Assembly: GCF_964204645.1 (NCBI RefSeq)
Contig: NC_134029.1
Span: 18,284,950-18,348,949 of the forward strand
DNA from: Tubulanus polymorphus
Lineage: Eukaryota; Animalia; Nemertea
Length of the DNA stretch: 64,000 nt
Direction: 5' to 3'
Both the position numbers and the translations under genes were made by a program. This document shows positions 27,868 to 42,500 of the stretch, piece by piece. Below the pieces are notes generated by a model. That model saw only the letters and a list, made by a program, of their open reading frames with translations, made no database searches and was not told the DNA's origin. The stretch's first letter is position 1, and the number at the start of each line of letters is the position of its first letter.

Positions 27868-30292
27868 CGTGTATAAGCCGCTATGCCGCGCGGAGAATTC
27901 CTTGAAAGTGACGCCTCGGATTTCGCCGGTTAACATCCTTACGGCAAACGCATCGATCGCGCTTTAATAAAACGATGGTTTCCTGTACCCGCCGGGCTAA
28001 CCGGTCGCGTAGAATATCAACACAATGAAACGACACCGGCAAAAAATACACTGTTCGCTTAAAAAAGAAAACAATCAATTAAATGACACGCTGAGCTAGG
28101 GATGCTAAATGTTAACTCAACTCAAATCATTTCATGAAATTTCAAATTGTAAAATCCGAACTTCAACGATACACTTACTAAGGAGTTCTGGTTAAAAAAC
28201 AGATAAAATATTGATCGACGTGAATATTGAAACATAAAAGGTCATTACTCATATAACTTTATTAATTTATTAGCCCATGTTTGACTTCCCTGAGCCTTAT
28301 CATAAGTGCATTACAAATGTTCTCATTTCAAAGGACCACAATAGGGTTCATATGCCCTTTGCTAATAAGTCATTGAGTACACATGGGGCTTACCATTTCT
28401 ATGTATGTATGTATGCAAAGTGCTAAATTGTGTACAAATTGGGGAAACAGTGAAAGTTGGCAAAATTCTGCATTCACAACATTTCATGGGTGGATCCAGG
28501 GCAGATTTGTACGAGTCTATTAAATTTTTTTGAAGTGTCTTTTTTCATTTCTTCAAAAATTTCACCAAAAATTGGCACATTTCAGCGCATGAGTACAAGT
28601 AATATTGCCTTTTGGATATCATACCGCCTTTTTGGGACTTCAAAATTAGCCTCTGGATCCATCCCTGCATGGTCCCCAAAATATCCTAGCTAGTTATATC
28701 CTAGCGACTAGACGTATATGGATTGAAGGCGAGTGAGCTTCTTTATTCCATACGCGCGCGCATGTCGTCGTGACTTATTTTTTTATTCCTCGGCAGGAGA
28801 AGATTGCATTTCCGCATTCGCCTCGAAGCAGCTATTTCCCTGCCATCAATAATGAACACAGAGCCATTAGTCAGGAAAATCAAGCCATCCACTTCTGCGT
28901 TGTACCTGATGTGCGCGCACGTATAGACGTATAGCTCTGTGCTCTCCAGTCGAGTGATTTTACAGCTAACCGAGTACGAGGAAAAGTGATGGAGAACGTT
29001 GGGATCAGACATTCCGTTAACAACGGCGAATTACAAGAAAGCCACCGTTACATTTTCAATTACTCCGATTCTACTTCGGCTGCAGAATCGGTGGTACTGC
29101 GCAAAAAATTAGAATAACAAAGACTAAAAAAATTGATACCTGCAGCCCATCTACCCCGTACATTACTTATCTTTAAATCATGGTCAAGCTAACAATATAC
29201 TTACAATAACAGACACGGCAACTGAAATTACAAAATCCGATTTACAAAATGACCCGGCCGATTATTTCATTGGTCACATCTTGGGTTCCCAGACTAGGTG
29301 GCAAAGGTGTTACACGGTCAAGCGTAAAAAATTGCCTCCAACCTCAATATCGCAAACAAAAGCCTAGCGCGCATAGCACACAGTGAAAGATACAAATCTG
29401 GAGGAGGAAACAGAAACGCTTTTCAGGCTTGTTTCGTGACAGAATTGTTCCAAAGGAAAAAAAAAGAAACAGCAGAAACGAAACAACATTTGGATAAACC
29501 ATGTTTCATGATTCAGAAAAATGCATTTGTATTCTGAATTCCACAAACCAGGTATAAACAATCTTAACACAACAATACATGGTTTGGTATAGTTTCATCT
29601 CAGCTACGTATGAAATTATCCAAATCACTCGAAGAAACGCGCCGTTAAATCATCGGGCTTCACTGTCTGGTTCATTCAAGTTGCAAATCAGTGCGTATAC
29701 GGATAATGGTTCGAATTTATGTAAATTCAGTCGATATCTCTCAGTGAATTGAAGTGGTGTATCAACGATCAACGCGTATTTGCAATCTATTACTAATGGA
29801 ATCGCGTTGGTAACATCGACGGACGCCCCGGAATGAGAATTACTTTATAGCCTCGATACGAAATGAAGAGCAAACACTTATAACAGTAGAAATATGTTAC
29901 CCGCACGGGCCTGTAGCCAGCCATGTCTTCGGAGGGGTTTCGATTTTCATGAAAGCGGAACTTTTTGTAATACAGGTGCAATGTTTTGCTTTCTAATCCT
30001 ATATTTTGGCCTCACAAATCAAGTACATTCAGAAGCATACGCATATTTTGAACGTAATCGAATAAAAAAATTTTACTAATAATTGAATCTTTGAGGTCGA
30101 TGCTCAAATTCACTTTAAACTGGCATCTGGGCGGAACTTCGTCGATGAGCTTTCGAATCTACCCCCCCCCCCCTAAATACGGGCCTGCCGTCACACGCAA
30201 ATCCGACAACTTCGATTTCGTGAATTTGTCGCTCTTTTACGTTCGACGAGTCTTGTCTTTTACCGCGAGCGTTTCGTTTTTATCATCGGGAA

Positions 30293-30294
<2 letters not shown>

Positions 30295-30366
<72 letters not shown>
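30295..30366. repeat. (GA)n microsatellite
   Basis: Directly visible in the sequence. Confidence 0.97.
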
Positions 30367-30367
<1 letters not shown>

Positions 30368-31652
30368 ACGATAGCGCAATTCAGGACGGACGCCAGGACG
30401 GCACTCAGGGGATAGCTATTGGCATGCTTAGTCATGTTTTCATGTGGTAATTCTCCTTAACGTCAACCTTACATCTTACGCATTAAATGTGATATACCGC
30501 TACGAACTAACTCTCCGACTTCATTAATCTAACGCTGGTGAGGGGTCGTCACCGCTGCCAAACTGCGTTAGCCGCGCTCGCGCCACGCCGGGTCAATAAA
30601 CATTGTTACGTGAATAAAACATTAAACATGACTTTCAGAGTTTTTTCTTAAATAGTTCATGGGCGATTTTTCAATTTTCCTCAATGGAAAGAACAGATAC
30701 ATCCAAAATAAAAGGACTTCAACATAACAATGGAGACTGGTTGATTAAGGTGATTTTCAAGGATTGCATAAGTAAGTTGCCCTTGGCAAATTAGGCGCAG
30801 AGGGGGGGGGGGTGGTATTAGTCTATCCCAATGCAGTCTAAAGCCCAGCTTATGTCAAAGCCTCAGAATGCCAAGAAATAGTCCTAAGATTTCAAAACTT
30901 TCTGGGGATATCCCCCACCCATAAATTCACTCCACACCTACGGCATTTGGTACATGAAATACCCTCATTTCGCATGAGTGGCCTCAATTTTCTTCCGATA
31001 CTGCCTAGATTCAACCCCGATTCCGCGTCTGCCAATGCTGGGCAAAGTACAAAATGAAATTTGAAAATATTTCCTGGACAAGAGGAAAATCTATTGCATT
31101 CCCAAATACGTCCAAATCAGGAAACATTCCAGTTTTACCCTATTCCTGCAACCATGGGAATCATGAAAAAGAGGCAATTCTCGATTCTGCTCTTGAAAGG
31201 AAGTATCTTCTTTCTCTTTCCATTATTGCTTCCGAGTTTCTACCAATTATTTCATCTCAGCGATGGCACAACTGTCTTCTGCTGGGAGAAAACTCATTCC
31301 GAAGAATATTCATGACAAATATCATTCATAATAGATAAGAGTAACTTAATTGGAATGAACTATAAGCAATAAAGGTGCGCTTTATTTATCAATACGTAGA
31401 AATGAGTGTTACACCGTAGTACGGTGAGTCTTAGAAAAAATTTATCCATTATTGATTATTGCGTGTCAATCGTAGTACATGTAATCATAATTAATCTAGT
31501 TTAATTCCCTTCTACCTTCAGGCGAAAACTATGTTATGGATCTTATAGCATCAGCCAATGATTCATATGTTACTGTCTTTAAAACTGTCATTCAATTCAT
31601 TTGTCTGTGTGCGAGCCATGCTCATTATCATTTCTTTCATTAACCAGACTAT

Positions 31653-31949
31653 AGCCGCATCACACGGAGAGGATTTGGCCTGGACCAAATTGGCACGAGT
31701 CAGACTGAGCCAAATTTTGCCCGTGCCTAATTAGAGAGTGCGCTCACACGCAAACCACTCATCAATATGATACTAAACAATGCTCAAAGCGAAGAGGGTC
31801 ATTTTCGGTATACAGTTGGAATTCAAACGCAATCATTTGTCTCATGCTTAAATTTGGCTCGGGCCTGGTCCGATGTTTTTGGTCGGGGCCAAATTTGGTA
31901 CCCGTGTGAACAGTTGTTCCAGGCCAAAAATGCTTGTGTTATTGCAGCT
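31653..31949 (+). mobile_element. MITE 'agccgcgatcacac' family
   Basis: Both TIRs (degenerate) and the family core are present. Confidence 0.85.
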
Positions 31950-32174
31950 TACAGCTCAGCAGTCACATGAGCAAAATTAGTTTAAGGCTAAAACAATTGA
32001 TACCTTGTTTCTCATTTCTGCTGAGCTTAAAAATTTACCCAGCCAGCCGCCTACCCTGTATATTTACATTTCCTAAAATCACGATCGAGCTAAACATAAC
32101 AGACCCGATAGAAATGAACTGATTCATACAAATTTCATTGCAGTTTTCAAAATAGCCCTGGGCGATTCGATTGG

Positions 32175-32418
32175 TAGTGCATTCGATTTTCTTCTGCGAG
32201 TAAGTCTGGGTATACCCGGGGATCACCCAGACGCGTTCGATTTATCCATCACATGGTAGTTTTGGCTTCCCCGGGGAAGTTTAAAGTGAGCGACTCCCGT
32301 AGCAGATTACTTAAAACTTCCCAAGGGAAGCCCAAACTATCACGTGACGGATAAATCGAACGCGTCCGGGTGATCCCTGGGTATACCCTGACTTACTCGA
32401 AGATAATCGAACGCGCTA
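32175..32418. mobile_element. Foldback/palindromic MITE
   Basis: ~110-bp imperfect arms, e.g. gagtaagtctgggtatacccggggatcacccagacgcgttcgatttatcc vs ggataaatcgaacgcgtccgggtgatccctgggtataccctgacttactc. Confidence 0.85.
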
Positions 32419-34597
32419 TAGGAGAAACGAGGTATCGTTTTATTCTAGCCTTGTTGTGAAATGTGAACGCATAGTGACAGAGATTCGCAGTCTCTCACGG
32501 TTGATGATTTCGAGACGGTCCCTCGCGCGAGACTAGTATTCGTGGCACGTTTATTACTCAGGCGACGTCGACATTAGCCGAACAAAGTATCGGCTGAATC
32601 AGCTCGATTGTAATCCACGGTAATTGCATCATTATTCAATAGGAAATACAGCATGATGCCGCAATATCTCAGGCGCTTAACTTCGAACCAACCTGTCCCT
32701 TTTATCATTTAACCGGTCTGTGACCATCGCCGGCGCACCCGGACGATTACGTTATTCCCGTCGCACTGGATATTCGCTAAATAATGAAACCCGCCAGTAG
32801 AGCGTGTGGAAGCGATGGTATTCAATAACACAATCCGTGCACTGTTACCGCTGAATTTACACCGACGATCTTTTGTCGATGAATCAGGAAGGTCATGAAT
32901 TGTTGAAATGAACTGAATCGTTGCGACCGGCACGCGCCAACATTGACAATTTCTGCATGAAGAATCGTCTCCACACCCATTTAATCAATCCTGTCCACTT
33001 TACCCAAAATAACCATCGAATCCAGATATCGAATCTATAAAAAGAACCAGTACATTTTGTGTTGAATGTTCTGACAAAGATTTTTGGGGAAACATTTACA
33101 CCTAGTAACAGACGAGGAGGACAGATTATTGTATGTGAAAAGCAGCAATTCTATTAGATGAAGCAAATCACGCATAATCGGATCAGTGTAAGTCGGATGA
33201 AAAACTCGAGTCAGCAGAAAATGTTGTTTTTTCTTCTCAATTTCAATTCAATTCCAGAAGTCAGAAATTCATTCGTAATATTTCTATGGTCGAAACGATA
33301 AAGATGTATTAATAGCATCAGCTGTTATTATTTTACTAAGACATATGACATATATTTTGGTGGTTTTTGCCTTCCATATTAGTCCGCAGTTATTGATGCA
33401 ATGATGTAACACAATGATCTAGGACGATAGGTTAGATACAGAGGCCTCCCCTCCTTAAACGTAAGATAAGTCGATACACGAAAGATTGAGCTGTTTCTAC
33501 TTGCAGCCGCAGTTTTCGTTTCCGATTCAAAACCTTGAAAATCATGAATTCTCGAAGTCGAGGGTTTTCTCGGTCAGGGCAAATCTTTCAATGCCAAAAC
33601 ATCCGACTTACACGTGGTTTACTTTCAACAGAAATCCACGACTTCTCGCACCCAGCCCCAATATGAAGAGTGCTATCGTTACATTCTGTGAAAATCAACG
33701 GATGCGCAATTTTCACCGAAGGACGACTCACTCAGTCGTCGCTAAATCATCGTTGATGCAATTAACGCGTAACAATCACCGTTCGTTAATTCGAAAAAGC
33801 GTCGGTAAATAGCTCGCCGCCGTCAGTCGTAGCCACAACCGGTACCGCGAGCGTCGACTCCAGCGACCAGCCGTATAGCGCAGTCGGGTGTCATTACGAT
33901 AAACAGCGTTTAACGACTCTTAATGGCTCGTAATTGGCGGAAAATATCACGAACCCGGCAGAAAAATAACGACGATGACGATGGCGAAGTGGAGTGGTTA
34001 ATAACGAAATACCAATAAACACTTAATATCATTCTTGTAATATACGAACGTTCTCCAGTTTATATACTGAATATAGAAGCGTTGTTGTCATCGAGGGGAC
34101 GAGTATCATGCAGTACATTTCTTAATTTTCATTTTGATTTTTATCAGTGAGTGTATAATAAATGTTTCTTGTGGATATAATATTGTTTAATAATGCTAAA
34201 TTTAATTCTTTCGTAGATTAATCAGCCTGATTGTGATATGTGAAAAAGGGCATCAACATCGATGAGTTTTTTGCATTAATTGGATTAGGTAATTAGTAAT
34301 GCTCCTAAGTAATATCACTGCCATAAACATGTCAGTGTCAAAACATGTCAGCAGTACTCATTCTCCATTTTGTATACAAACAAAAATATGTAAGCTCACA
34401 GTTTTCTAGTTGGAGTTGTAAGTTGAAAATGATTAATCATCTAAATTCAAGATCATGGCCTTATTTCAATGATGAGAAAAGGACAAGATTTACACATCAT
34501 GACACGAGGCCTCTGGTGGCACAGATGTTCATTTGTAGGATGTACCAGAATGAGAACTATAAGCAAATGGGAACGCAAACTCTGCGATGTCAACATA

Positions 34598-34873
34598 AGC
34601 CGCGATCACACAGAGACCGCACAGATCGGGCTCGAGCCAAATTTGGCCCATGCCTTATTGGAGAGCACTCGCTCAATACTAAACAATGCTCAAACAAAGT
34701 GAAGCGAGTCACTTCCAGAACCAGTTGCAATTCAAACCTCCGATCGTTTGTCCCGTGCTAAAAGTTGGCCCGGGCCTGGTCCAACGTTTTTGGTCTGGCT
34801 AAACAGGCTCAGGCTCATTTGGCATCCGTGTGAACAGTTGTTCCAGGCCAAAAACGCTTGTGTGATCGCGGCT
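34598..34873 (+). mobile_element. MITE 'agccgcgatcacac' family
   Basis: agccgcgatcacac ... gtgtgatcgcggct perfect TIRs. Confidence 0.9.
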
Positions 34874-34908
34874 ATATGCATTTGTCATCACGATCTTGTA
34901 AATTGATT

Positions 34909-35110
34909 AGCGCCCCTCACCGTTAGCGATAAACAATAGATTATTGGTAATATTTACGATGATATTTCTGCACGAGCGTTAAAAGGATAGCCCTTATCAA
35001 GATTTGGTAAAGTTTTAAGACTTAAACAAATCATGGAAAACACTAATTACGAATAGAGACCAGCAACCAGTCTAGAAAATCTATTGTTTATCACTAATAG
35101 TGAGGGTGCT
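34909..35110. mobile_element. MITE with ~33-bp TIR
   Basis: agcgcccctcaccgttagcgataaacaatagatt ... aatctattgtttatcactaatagtgagggtgct. Confidence 0.7.
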
Positions 35111-35204
35111 GAACAAAACACAAGATTACTAGCTGTGCCTAGCGGATTCTCGAGGAGTCAGCATCCCCGTTCACTTCTATGATTTTCTAAATGACAATCC
35201 CACA

Positions 35205-35923
35205 ATCCCGTTTGAGTCAAATCTTTCTGTGTGATCGCAGCTAATATAGCCACAATCACATGAACACTTTTGGCCGGAACCACTGTTCACACAGGTATGA
35301 AATAGGCCTGTGGCTGTTCGACCCAAGTCAAATTATTGCGTGTGAATTGCAACTGGTTTCGGAAGTGACTTGCTTCACTTTGTCTAAGCGTTGTTTAGTA
35401 TCACTCTAATTAGACATGGGCCAAATTTTACTTGTGCCCGATAGCAACCAATGTTGCCCCGGTATGCAATACGAATAATAGTCCCTATGGGATTATAATA
35501 GCCGCGATCACACAAGCATTTTTGGCCCGGGTCAAATTTGATCCGTGCCAATTTGGCCCGGGCCAAATTGTCTCGGCTATAGATTGCATCATATGGTAAC
35601 CAATGGTATATAGATTATCAATCTAATCAATCAATCCGCCTAATCAAAAATGCCCAAAAAAATATCAAAAACAAGTGTTTTTTACTGAAGCTGCGATCAC
35701 ACAAGCATTTTTGGCCCGAGCCAAATTTTAGCACTAGACAAATTATCGCGTTTGAATTGCAATTGGTACGGGAAATTATCCACTGTGCTTTGAGCATTGT
35801 TTAGTATCGAGTGAGAGGTTTGCGTGTGAACGCGCTCTCTACTTAGGCATGGGCCAAATTTGGCTTGAGTCTGATCCGTGCCAATTTAGCCCGGGGCAAA
35901 ATCGTCTCCGTGTGATCGAGGCT
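35205..35923 (-). mobile_element. Cluster of full and deleted MITE 'agccgcgatcacac' copies (35248-35440, 35500-35578, 35689-35923)
   Basis: Several TIRs and cores in succession. Confidence 0.8.
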
Positions 35924-36476
35924 CGAGATTTGACTGGACATCGACTAAATAAAACTGATTCCATATGAAATTATTTCGAAATTAGATAGGGTTGGAAACA
36001 TAAAATGCCCACACGATAATCTCTTGTGAATAATATCAGCTCTTCTAACTCAGACATCAATATTTGATTCAAAGGCAGGTGTTGTAAAAGCTAACATACA
36101 TTCAAGTACCATATCTATTACACCGATGGTGGTACTTGTTCAACAGATGTTGTAGTAGCAGATCTAGAGTCTGATTCAGGGAGGGATGCACCCCCAAAAT
36201 AGGGCATATTGCATAATCGATAAGGGCCCCCCTCCGCCCGTAAGAAAGTTCATTGGAAAACATTAACTCATTTTAGGCAATGCAAAGAATGAGCTTCAAC
36301 AAGAATTCGAACCTTTTAGGTATCATTTATCATTTCCCCGTAAAATTTCAGGGCAACTTGACATTTTTAAGAGGGTGCGCATTCCCTGCACCATACCCTT
36401 GGGATCCGCCCCTGAAGTAGTATAATAGAGCTTGATAACTTAATGAATTATCCCTCTTCTAATTACCGATCTCTAT

Positions 36477-36713
36477 AGCCATGATCACACAGAGAGGATT
36501 TGGCTCAGGTTGAAATGGCACAGATCAGACCCAAGTCAAATTATTTTGGCCTGTGCCTAATTGGAGTTAACACTTAAACCACTCACGCGATACTAAACAA
36601 TGCTTAAACAAAGCGAAGTGAGTCACTTCCCGGAACCAGTTGCAATTCACACGCAATTATTTGACCCATGCTCAAATGAAGCACAGGCCAAAAACGCTTG
36701 TGTGATCGTGGCT
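36477..36713 (+). mobile_element. MITE 'agccgcgatcacac' family
   Basis: agccatgatcacac ... gtgtgatcgtggct. Confidence 0.85.
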
Positions 36714-37979
36714 TCCATTCACGGAGTAATTTAATAAGCCAAAGAGGAACGTCATCAAATAAATGAATTGTATACAAACACTTTATTTTTGCAGCAAGCA
36801 ATCATTTTAGATACATGCATTTTCTATCATCATTATTTACGAGGGTCATTTTTTTCGAGCCTCGCTGATTTCCATTTATCACGAGACACACGCGCTTGGA
36901 ATCAGCAGCGGTAACGAATTATACACTCGCGCGAACAAACGAACGCGGAATCTACGAAGCGCACATCCCTCGGTCGACATTAACGTGATTGGTATAGATG
37001 GACGGCGACCGATTCCGTTGATGGGTAACGGAAAGCAAAAACCCCGTACGGCCGTACACAAAGGAAATTGCCGTCGCGTTTCCCCCCCCCTACCCCCCTG
37101 ACGAAAGAAGAATAATAATCATCATCGGCGCAACTCGGCGGCATTGTGCGGATTTTCTTTTGACACGACACGGGGTCTGCATTCGAATATTATTCGCCTC
37201 AGATACGACGATGAATAAACCGCCATCGCTGCAACGGCGTGTACACCGCATAAACGCGCGCATACACGGTCGACAGTCGTCGCCACCGCCCGCGCCAAAT
37301 CTCAAAGGGTTTAGTAAATACATCTTCCCTCTCTCTGGCAGCCTGGCAGGCATGTATAAATAATAGATGATAACTCGGCCGGCTCGATAGTGGCAGCGGC
37401 GGTGGTGGTGGCGGTACACACACAGGCAGCTCCGTCAACGTCGTCGTCGTCGTCGCGACAGCTCGTTACACCGCGTCTACATTAATGGCCGATGGATTGA
37501 TGCACGGCTCGAATGACTTCGTGATTTTATGAATAATTTCCGATTAGTTCGCGTGGAAATGAATTCGACTCCATTAATGATTAAAAACGGCGCGCATATC
37601 ATCATATACGATACCCGATAGCCCCACATGCGCGGGCGGGTTCAAATTTCGTAAATTAGTTATCGAGCTCGGAATTAGACGATAAATTAAATTCGCTGAA
37701 TTCAGAATTTCAATTATTTTAAAATGCCCATGAAATTGTTAACTGATGATATTTAGTTCCCTTGCAATACAATAAATACGCCTGCGCGTACTTAACACAC
37801 CATACATAGCGGGGGGGAGTTGTCCCCCAGGAAATTTTGGAAAAGTGCCCGCTTTGCAAATATTATTGTTGTATCCAATGGAAATTTAATGTAGGATTGG
37901 GACTTGGGACTTAATTGACACTTGGGACTTGACATGCATTTTATCACAACTGAGTTTTTGTTAGGGCTTATATGTTTGA

Positions 37980-38210
37980 GGTCTGTGCAGTTAGCTCAGT
38001 TGGTGGAGGACTGGGGTCCCTAGTCCCTAGTTCGAAATCACCTCTGGCGTTGGCTGTCGTGACACATATGGACTAAGCTCTGCTAACTTTAGTCAGGTTG
38101 TGAGCCATAACAACCTATAATAAGGCCCCGGCCGTCTCTTAAGACCCACTAGGGTTACACTGTTACTTGCAGTTGGTACGTAAAACTCTACTTCTTAACT
38201 GAAGGAAACA
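37980..38210 (+). mobile_element. tRNA-derived SINE, copy 2
   Basis: A box tagctcagttgg, B box gttcgaaatc, body ...aacctataataaggccccggccgtctcttaagacc...ttggtacgtaaaactc; homologous to 336-536. Confidence 0.75.
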
Positions 38211-39244
38211 GATGTTTTCAGGGTTTCTCTAACCTCCCAAACATTAGAATACTAGGTACCGCCTTGCTAAATAAGCCAAACGTGTTGTCATTTTTCTATT
38301 GTGTTCATCATCCTAGAATGTTAATGCGTATACATTACGGATCAATAAACTTTTTTGATTTGATTTGTAAGAAGTGTTTCCTACAGTCCATGCGGCAGGT
38401 TTTTTTTCGAAAGAACAAAACACCTATATTTTGTCTGGGGGCTAGTCAACATACTGCCTTGTGTCTATACCGCCGCCAAAAAATCACCTAAGTGGGCGGT
38501 GCATAGTACGTAACAGGTAAAATAATCCCACTGCTCGATACATATCCCCCAGGTAAAAATTACATCCTGGTAAAATTCCTTAACGGGCAATCTGATGCAA
38601 TCTTTTGCAGCAAACCTGCGCATGTACATGCATACCCAGTCAAGCGCGGCAGGATTTATTGCCATGGCCGAGTCTAGCATTCTGCCACCAGATTCGAATT
38701 GCTGCCAAGTGAGGATGGTCAGAAGTCTCCCCTCAATACACTCCTGTCTAAACTTGTATTCGTATAGTATGAACATACGAAATGAATATTAGGCAGATGT
38801 TTAAGAGAACTCAAGTTGATAAATATTGACCTAACGACCCATTACAGACTGGCTAAGGGGCCGATATAAGTAAGTATATGAATATTAGTCATTGTAATTA
38901 GCGCTTCTATTGGACACGAGGGAAATCAGTGACAGCTAATGGATGGTCGATGTTGTCCTCCAGAATCCAGCGAAGTTCTTATCGTAATTACAAACATTAC
39001 TGGATAAAATATGCACGGCTTATATAACTGATTGTTACGTCAAAGTAATAGATTCAGCACGGATACAGCGACACTTCATTTGATCTATATGAATATGCTC
39101 GTGTTATAAAATGTGCCCGGCAGCAGTCGATTGACAGTCAAGCGAACAGTGACGACGACAACTCTTCCATCCGTGCGAAGAATTCGGGAGCCTGATGGCA
39201 TAATTTTGCGGCGATGCTGTATGAAAGGCTACCCACGGTACTAG

Positions 39245-39549
39245 AGCCCGTGCAAAATTTGGCCCGGAACAACTCTTCACACGGGTGCCAAATGGGCCCC
39301 GAGCCAAAAAATTTGGCCAGACCAAAAACGTCAGACCAGGCCAGAGCAAAATTTTAGCATAAGAAAAATTATTGCATTTGAATTGCAACTGGTACTGGAT
39401 ATGACCCACTTCGCTTTGTTCGAGCATTGTTTAGTATCGGAGTGACTGGTTTGCATGTGTGCACGCTCTCTAGTTAAGCATTGGCCAAATTTGACTCGAG
39501 CCTGATCTGTACCAATTTGACCCGGGCCAAATCATCTCCGTGTGATCGC
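39245..39549 (-). mobile_element. MITE 'agccgcgatcacac' family
   Basis: Core plus ctccgtgtgatcgc end. Confidence 0.8.
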
Positions 39550-42500
39550 TTAGAAGTTGATTCCATAGGAGTTTCGATACCATTTTCTGGTTTCTACTAT
39601 AAGTAACTAACTTAGTTTAACTAACATGTTAATTTGAAGTATGAGCTTTCTCTACTGATGTATAGTAGATTCATCAGGTGAATGACTCTTATTCTTTACC
39701 AGGCTAATACGGCCCCTCTACAAATGGTTTGCACTAGATATAATATCAGAATCATCTATATTTCAATAACAACGAATGACAAAATGATGAATGAGCGATA
39801 CGATATCGAAATGGAGAACATGTTCTCTACAATGAATTACTCATAAGTAATCAGTTCAAAAAAGTAATGGTCATTTGTACTAGAGGTGTATAGGGGGTCC
39901 AAGTCATGGAATATCATCTCCCTAATATCAAAGGAGGCACGAACTGATCACATCATCAAAAAAATGAATTGAATAACCCCCCTTTTTGATGAAATAAGTA
40001 TGAATTAACAAATCAAAATAATTTTCGTCCACAAACTATATCAGTCTCTATAAGGTGGCCTCATCTAGGTAATTTGAAGCTATAACACCTGTAACAATAA
40101 TGTCTATAAACTATCGTCATCGGGTTCCCTATAAGTCGATGTGCACTATGTCATCAATATTGACAAACCAAAAATAGTAATCACAATTGTGAATTTTGTA
40201 ATCAAATATATTCCATAACTCTTATTCCATTTTTGATAAATTTTGATAACTATTTTTGTGATGATGTGCACTACATCAATATATCGGGGCTAGACTGATC
40301 GCCAGCAAATTCAATTCAATTATCGATATATTCAAATGAAACATAATCTTATCAATCCTTAATATTAAGTTCATATCATTCATATTATATTATTTATTGT
40401 CAATGATATTAAGCGATATATGTGTGCCATTTTTCACGGCGTCAATAAATTTTTAGAGTTATTTTTCTTGTTATACCAGGTGTACGGCGATGTAAAATTG
40501 AGTTTTTGTTATAACTCAGGAGCCATTTGGAGCCGTAATAAAAACGGAGCCATTTGGGGAAACACATTTGGTTATGCCAGTGCATATGAACCGATCATAA
40601 ATCATTAGTAAGAATGGAATCAAATCGCATGATCATAACTTTATCACGGCGTTGAACCTGATTGAACCTTGAAATCCGGCGTACTGTACTCGATTAATGC
40701 GTACTCAATATTCACATAATTCGGAATACTCATCGCAAACATCATCATCATCACACGCGACGCAACGCGCGATTATCCGATCGAATTTCGTAGCGTTCGA
40801 AATTCGAAAAATCGTCTATGCAAGAAAAACACAGAAAATTGAAAATCGCTGGCGACGATACAAATAATACTAAAGTCATCTGTGAAATGAACGCTAAATC
40901 ATTTCTCTCTACACAATCATCGCTTTTAAAAACGACTTTATTGCGCGCGCGCGCGCGCCTCAGGGGCCATAATTCATCTCGACGCGGCATTCTTTTCTGA
41001 CTCAGTTATTACGGGCGACAAAGGCGATACCTAGGTTTTTATCGATATCAACGGCAGAACGCGGAATTTTCGTCGCCGCAGCCGCGCCGGGAAACCGGCC
41101 AATCAGACGGCGCCGTTCGCGTACCCGGGATCAACGGATACGAGGCAATTAATGGTCATCAATAGAAATGCGCCGGGAGTGAGAGTCGATATTGTGCTCG
41201 CTCCGGCGGGTCTTACATCGAACAAACAAATCAATTATAAGGTCATTAAAAGCAACACACTCTCCATTAACCCGATCAACCTATTAAACCGCTAATAAAG
41301 TCGGGTTGTAATGTAAAAGCTGGCTGCTTCGACGGTTATTTCAAGTCCGTAAAATATTTTCAGGCCCGTAGCCAGTGATATTTTTGGAGAAGGCTGCGTT
41401 TTCACAGAAGTGAATGTTTTCAAGGGGACCCCAGCCCTCACAAATCAAGTGCCTTTCAAAAAATCATGAAAAAAATGAGTAGATTTTCTAAAGTTACTCG
41501 TACGAAGACTAATCTAAAATGCCATCAAATTCTATGCTCATAAGGCATTTTGCATGCCGCTGACCAACGGGAAACTATAAGCTTGCAACAAATGAAGCAT
41601 TTATCAAGAAGTATCAGGATATACCATCTGGATCTGCCCCTCGTAGGGGTAGTCGGGGTCCAGGGAGTGTTCCTTCAGAACATATTTGAAACATGCAGTG
41701 GAGCAATTTTATAACTTCTGGCAAATTCAGGTGAAAATTGGAGAACATTTTTCCTACAATTTGGCATTAAATGAAGTAATTCTGAAAATGAATACTTAAC
41801 ATTCTGTATTGCATCGATATACACGCCTGCTCATTCTGAACTGAACGTTGCGACCCTGGAAAGGTTTGTTGGTTATTAACAGCTTTCAAATTTGTAATAA
41901 ATTTGAAATAAGGTAGATGCGTGTATTTAGCTTTGAAACTGCCCGGTACGGTACCGTGAAAAATCAGGTTATTATCAATTCATGAACATTACATCGGAGA
42001 ATAGGAATATATGGCCAAGTGGCCTTTCCCATAAATGCATTAGGTCAACCATTAAGTAATTAAGTAATTTTTAGTGTGATAGTCCTTGATTTGCAAATAA
42101 TTGTGGTTTATCACAAAAGGCTAAAATCCTAGGACATGTCCTGAAGGCCTAATAACAGTGTGCTACAACCTTGATCATAAGTGAAGGGCAATCGTACATA
42201 TTCAAGGAATCAATTTTCCAAACAAAAATTCTAAACCATTTCGATAGAAATAGAGGTCAAACAAAATTACATTGAAGAAATTTATAAAAAGAAAGAAAAG
42301 TGATTGAGATTAATCCCACAATTGAATTGAAATTGTGTTGGACCACAATATTTTTCAAACGTCATCATATTCTACTTGATGACGACTGTTCAGGAAAAAG
42401 CCGAAACATTGCCGTCTGAATAATTCGTCAATACCTTCATACTTTTAGTTTTCAAGCGTGGGATTATTCATAATCACATTTTTCATGGATTAATGCGTTT

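Noticed and set aside
27788-30366. Long-range stem between the (CT)n and (GA)n tracts
   Set aside because: Both are common microsatellites and their flanks show no complementarity.
37980-38050. tRNA gene
   Set aside because: A and B boxes are present but the cloverleaf is degenerate, and the sequence continues into a body shared with 336-536, so it is a SINE head.
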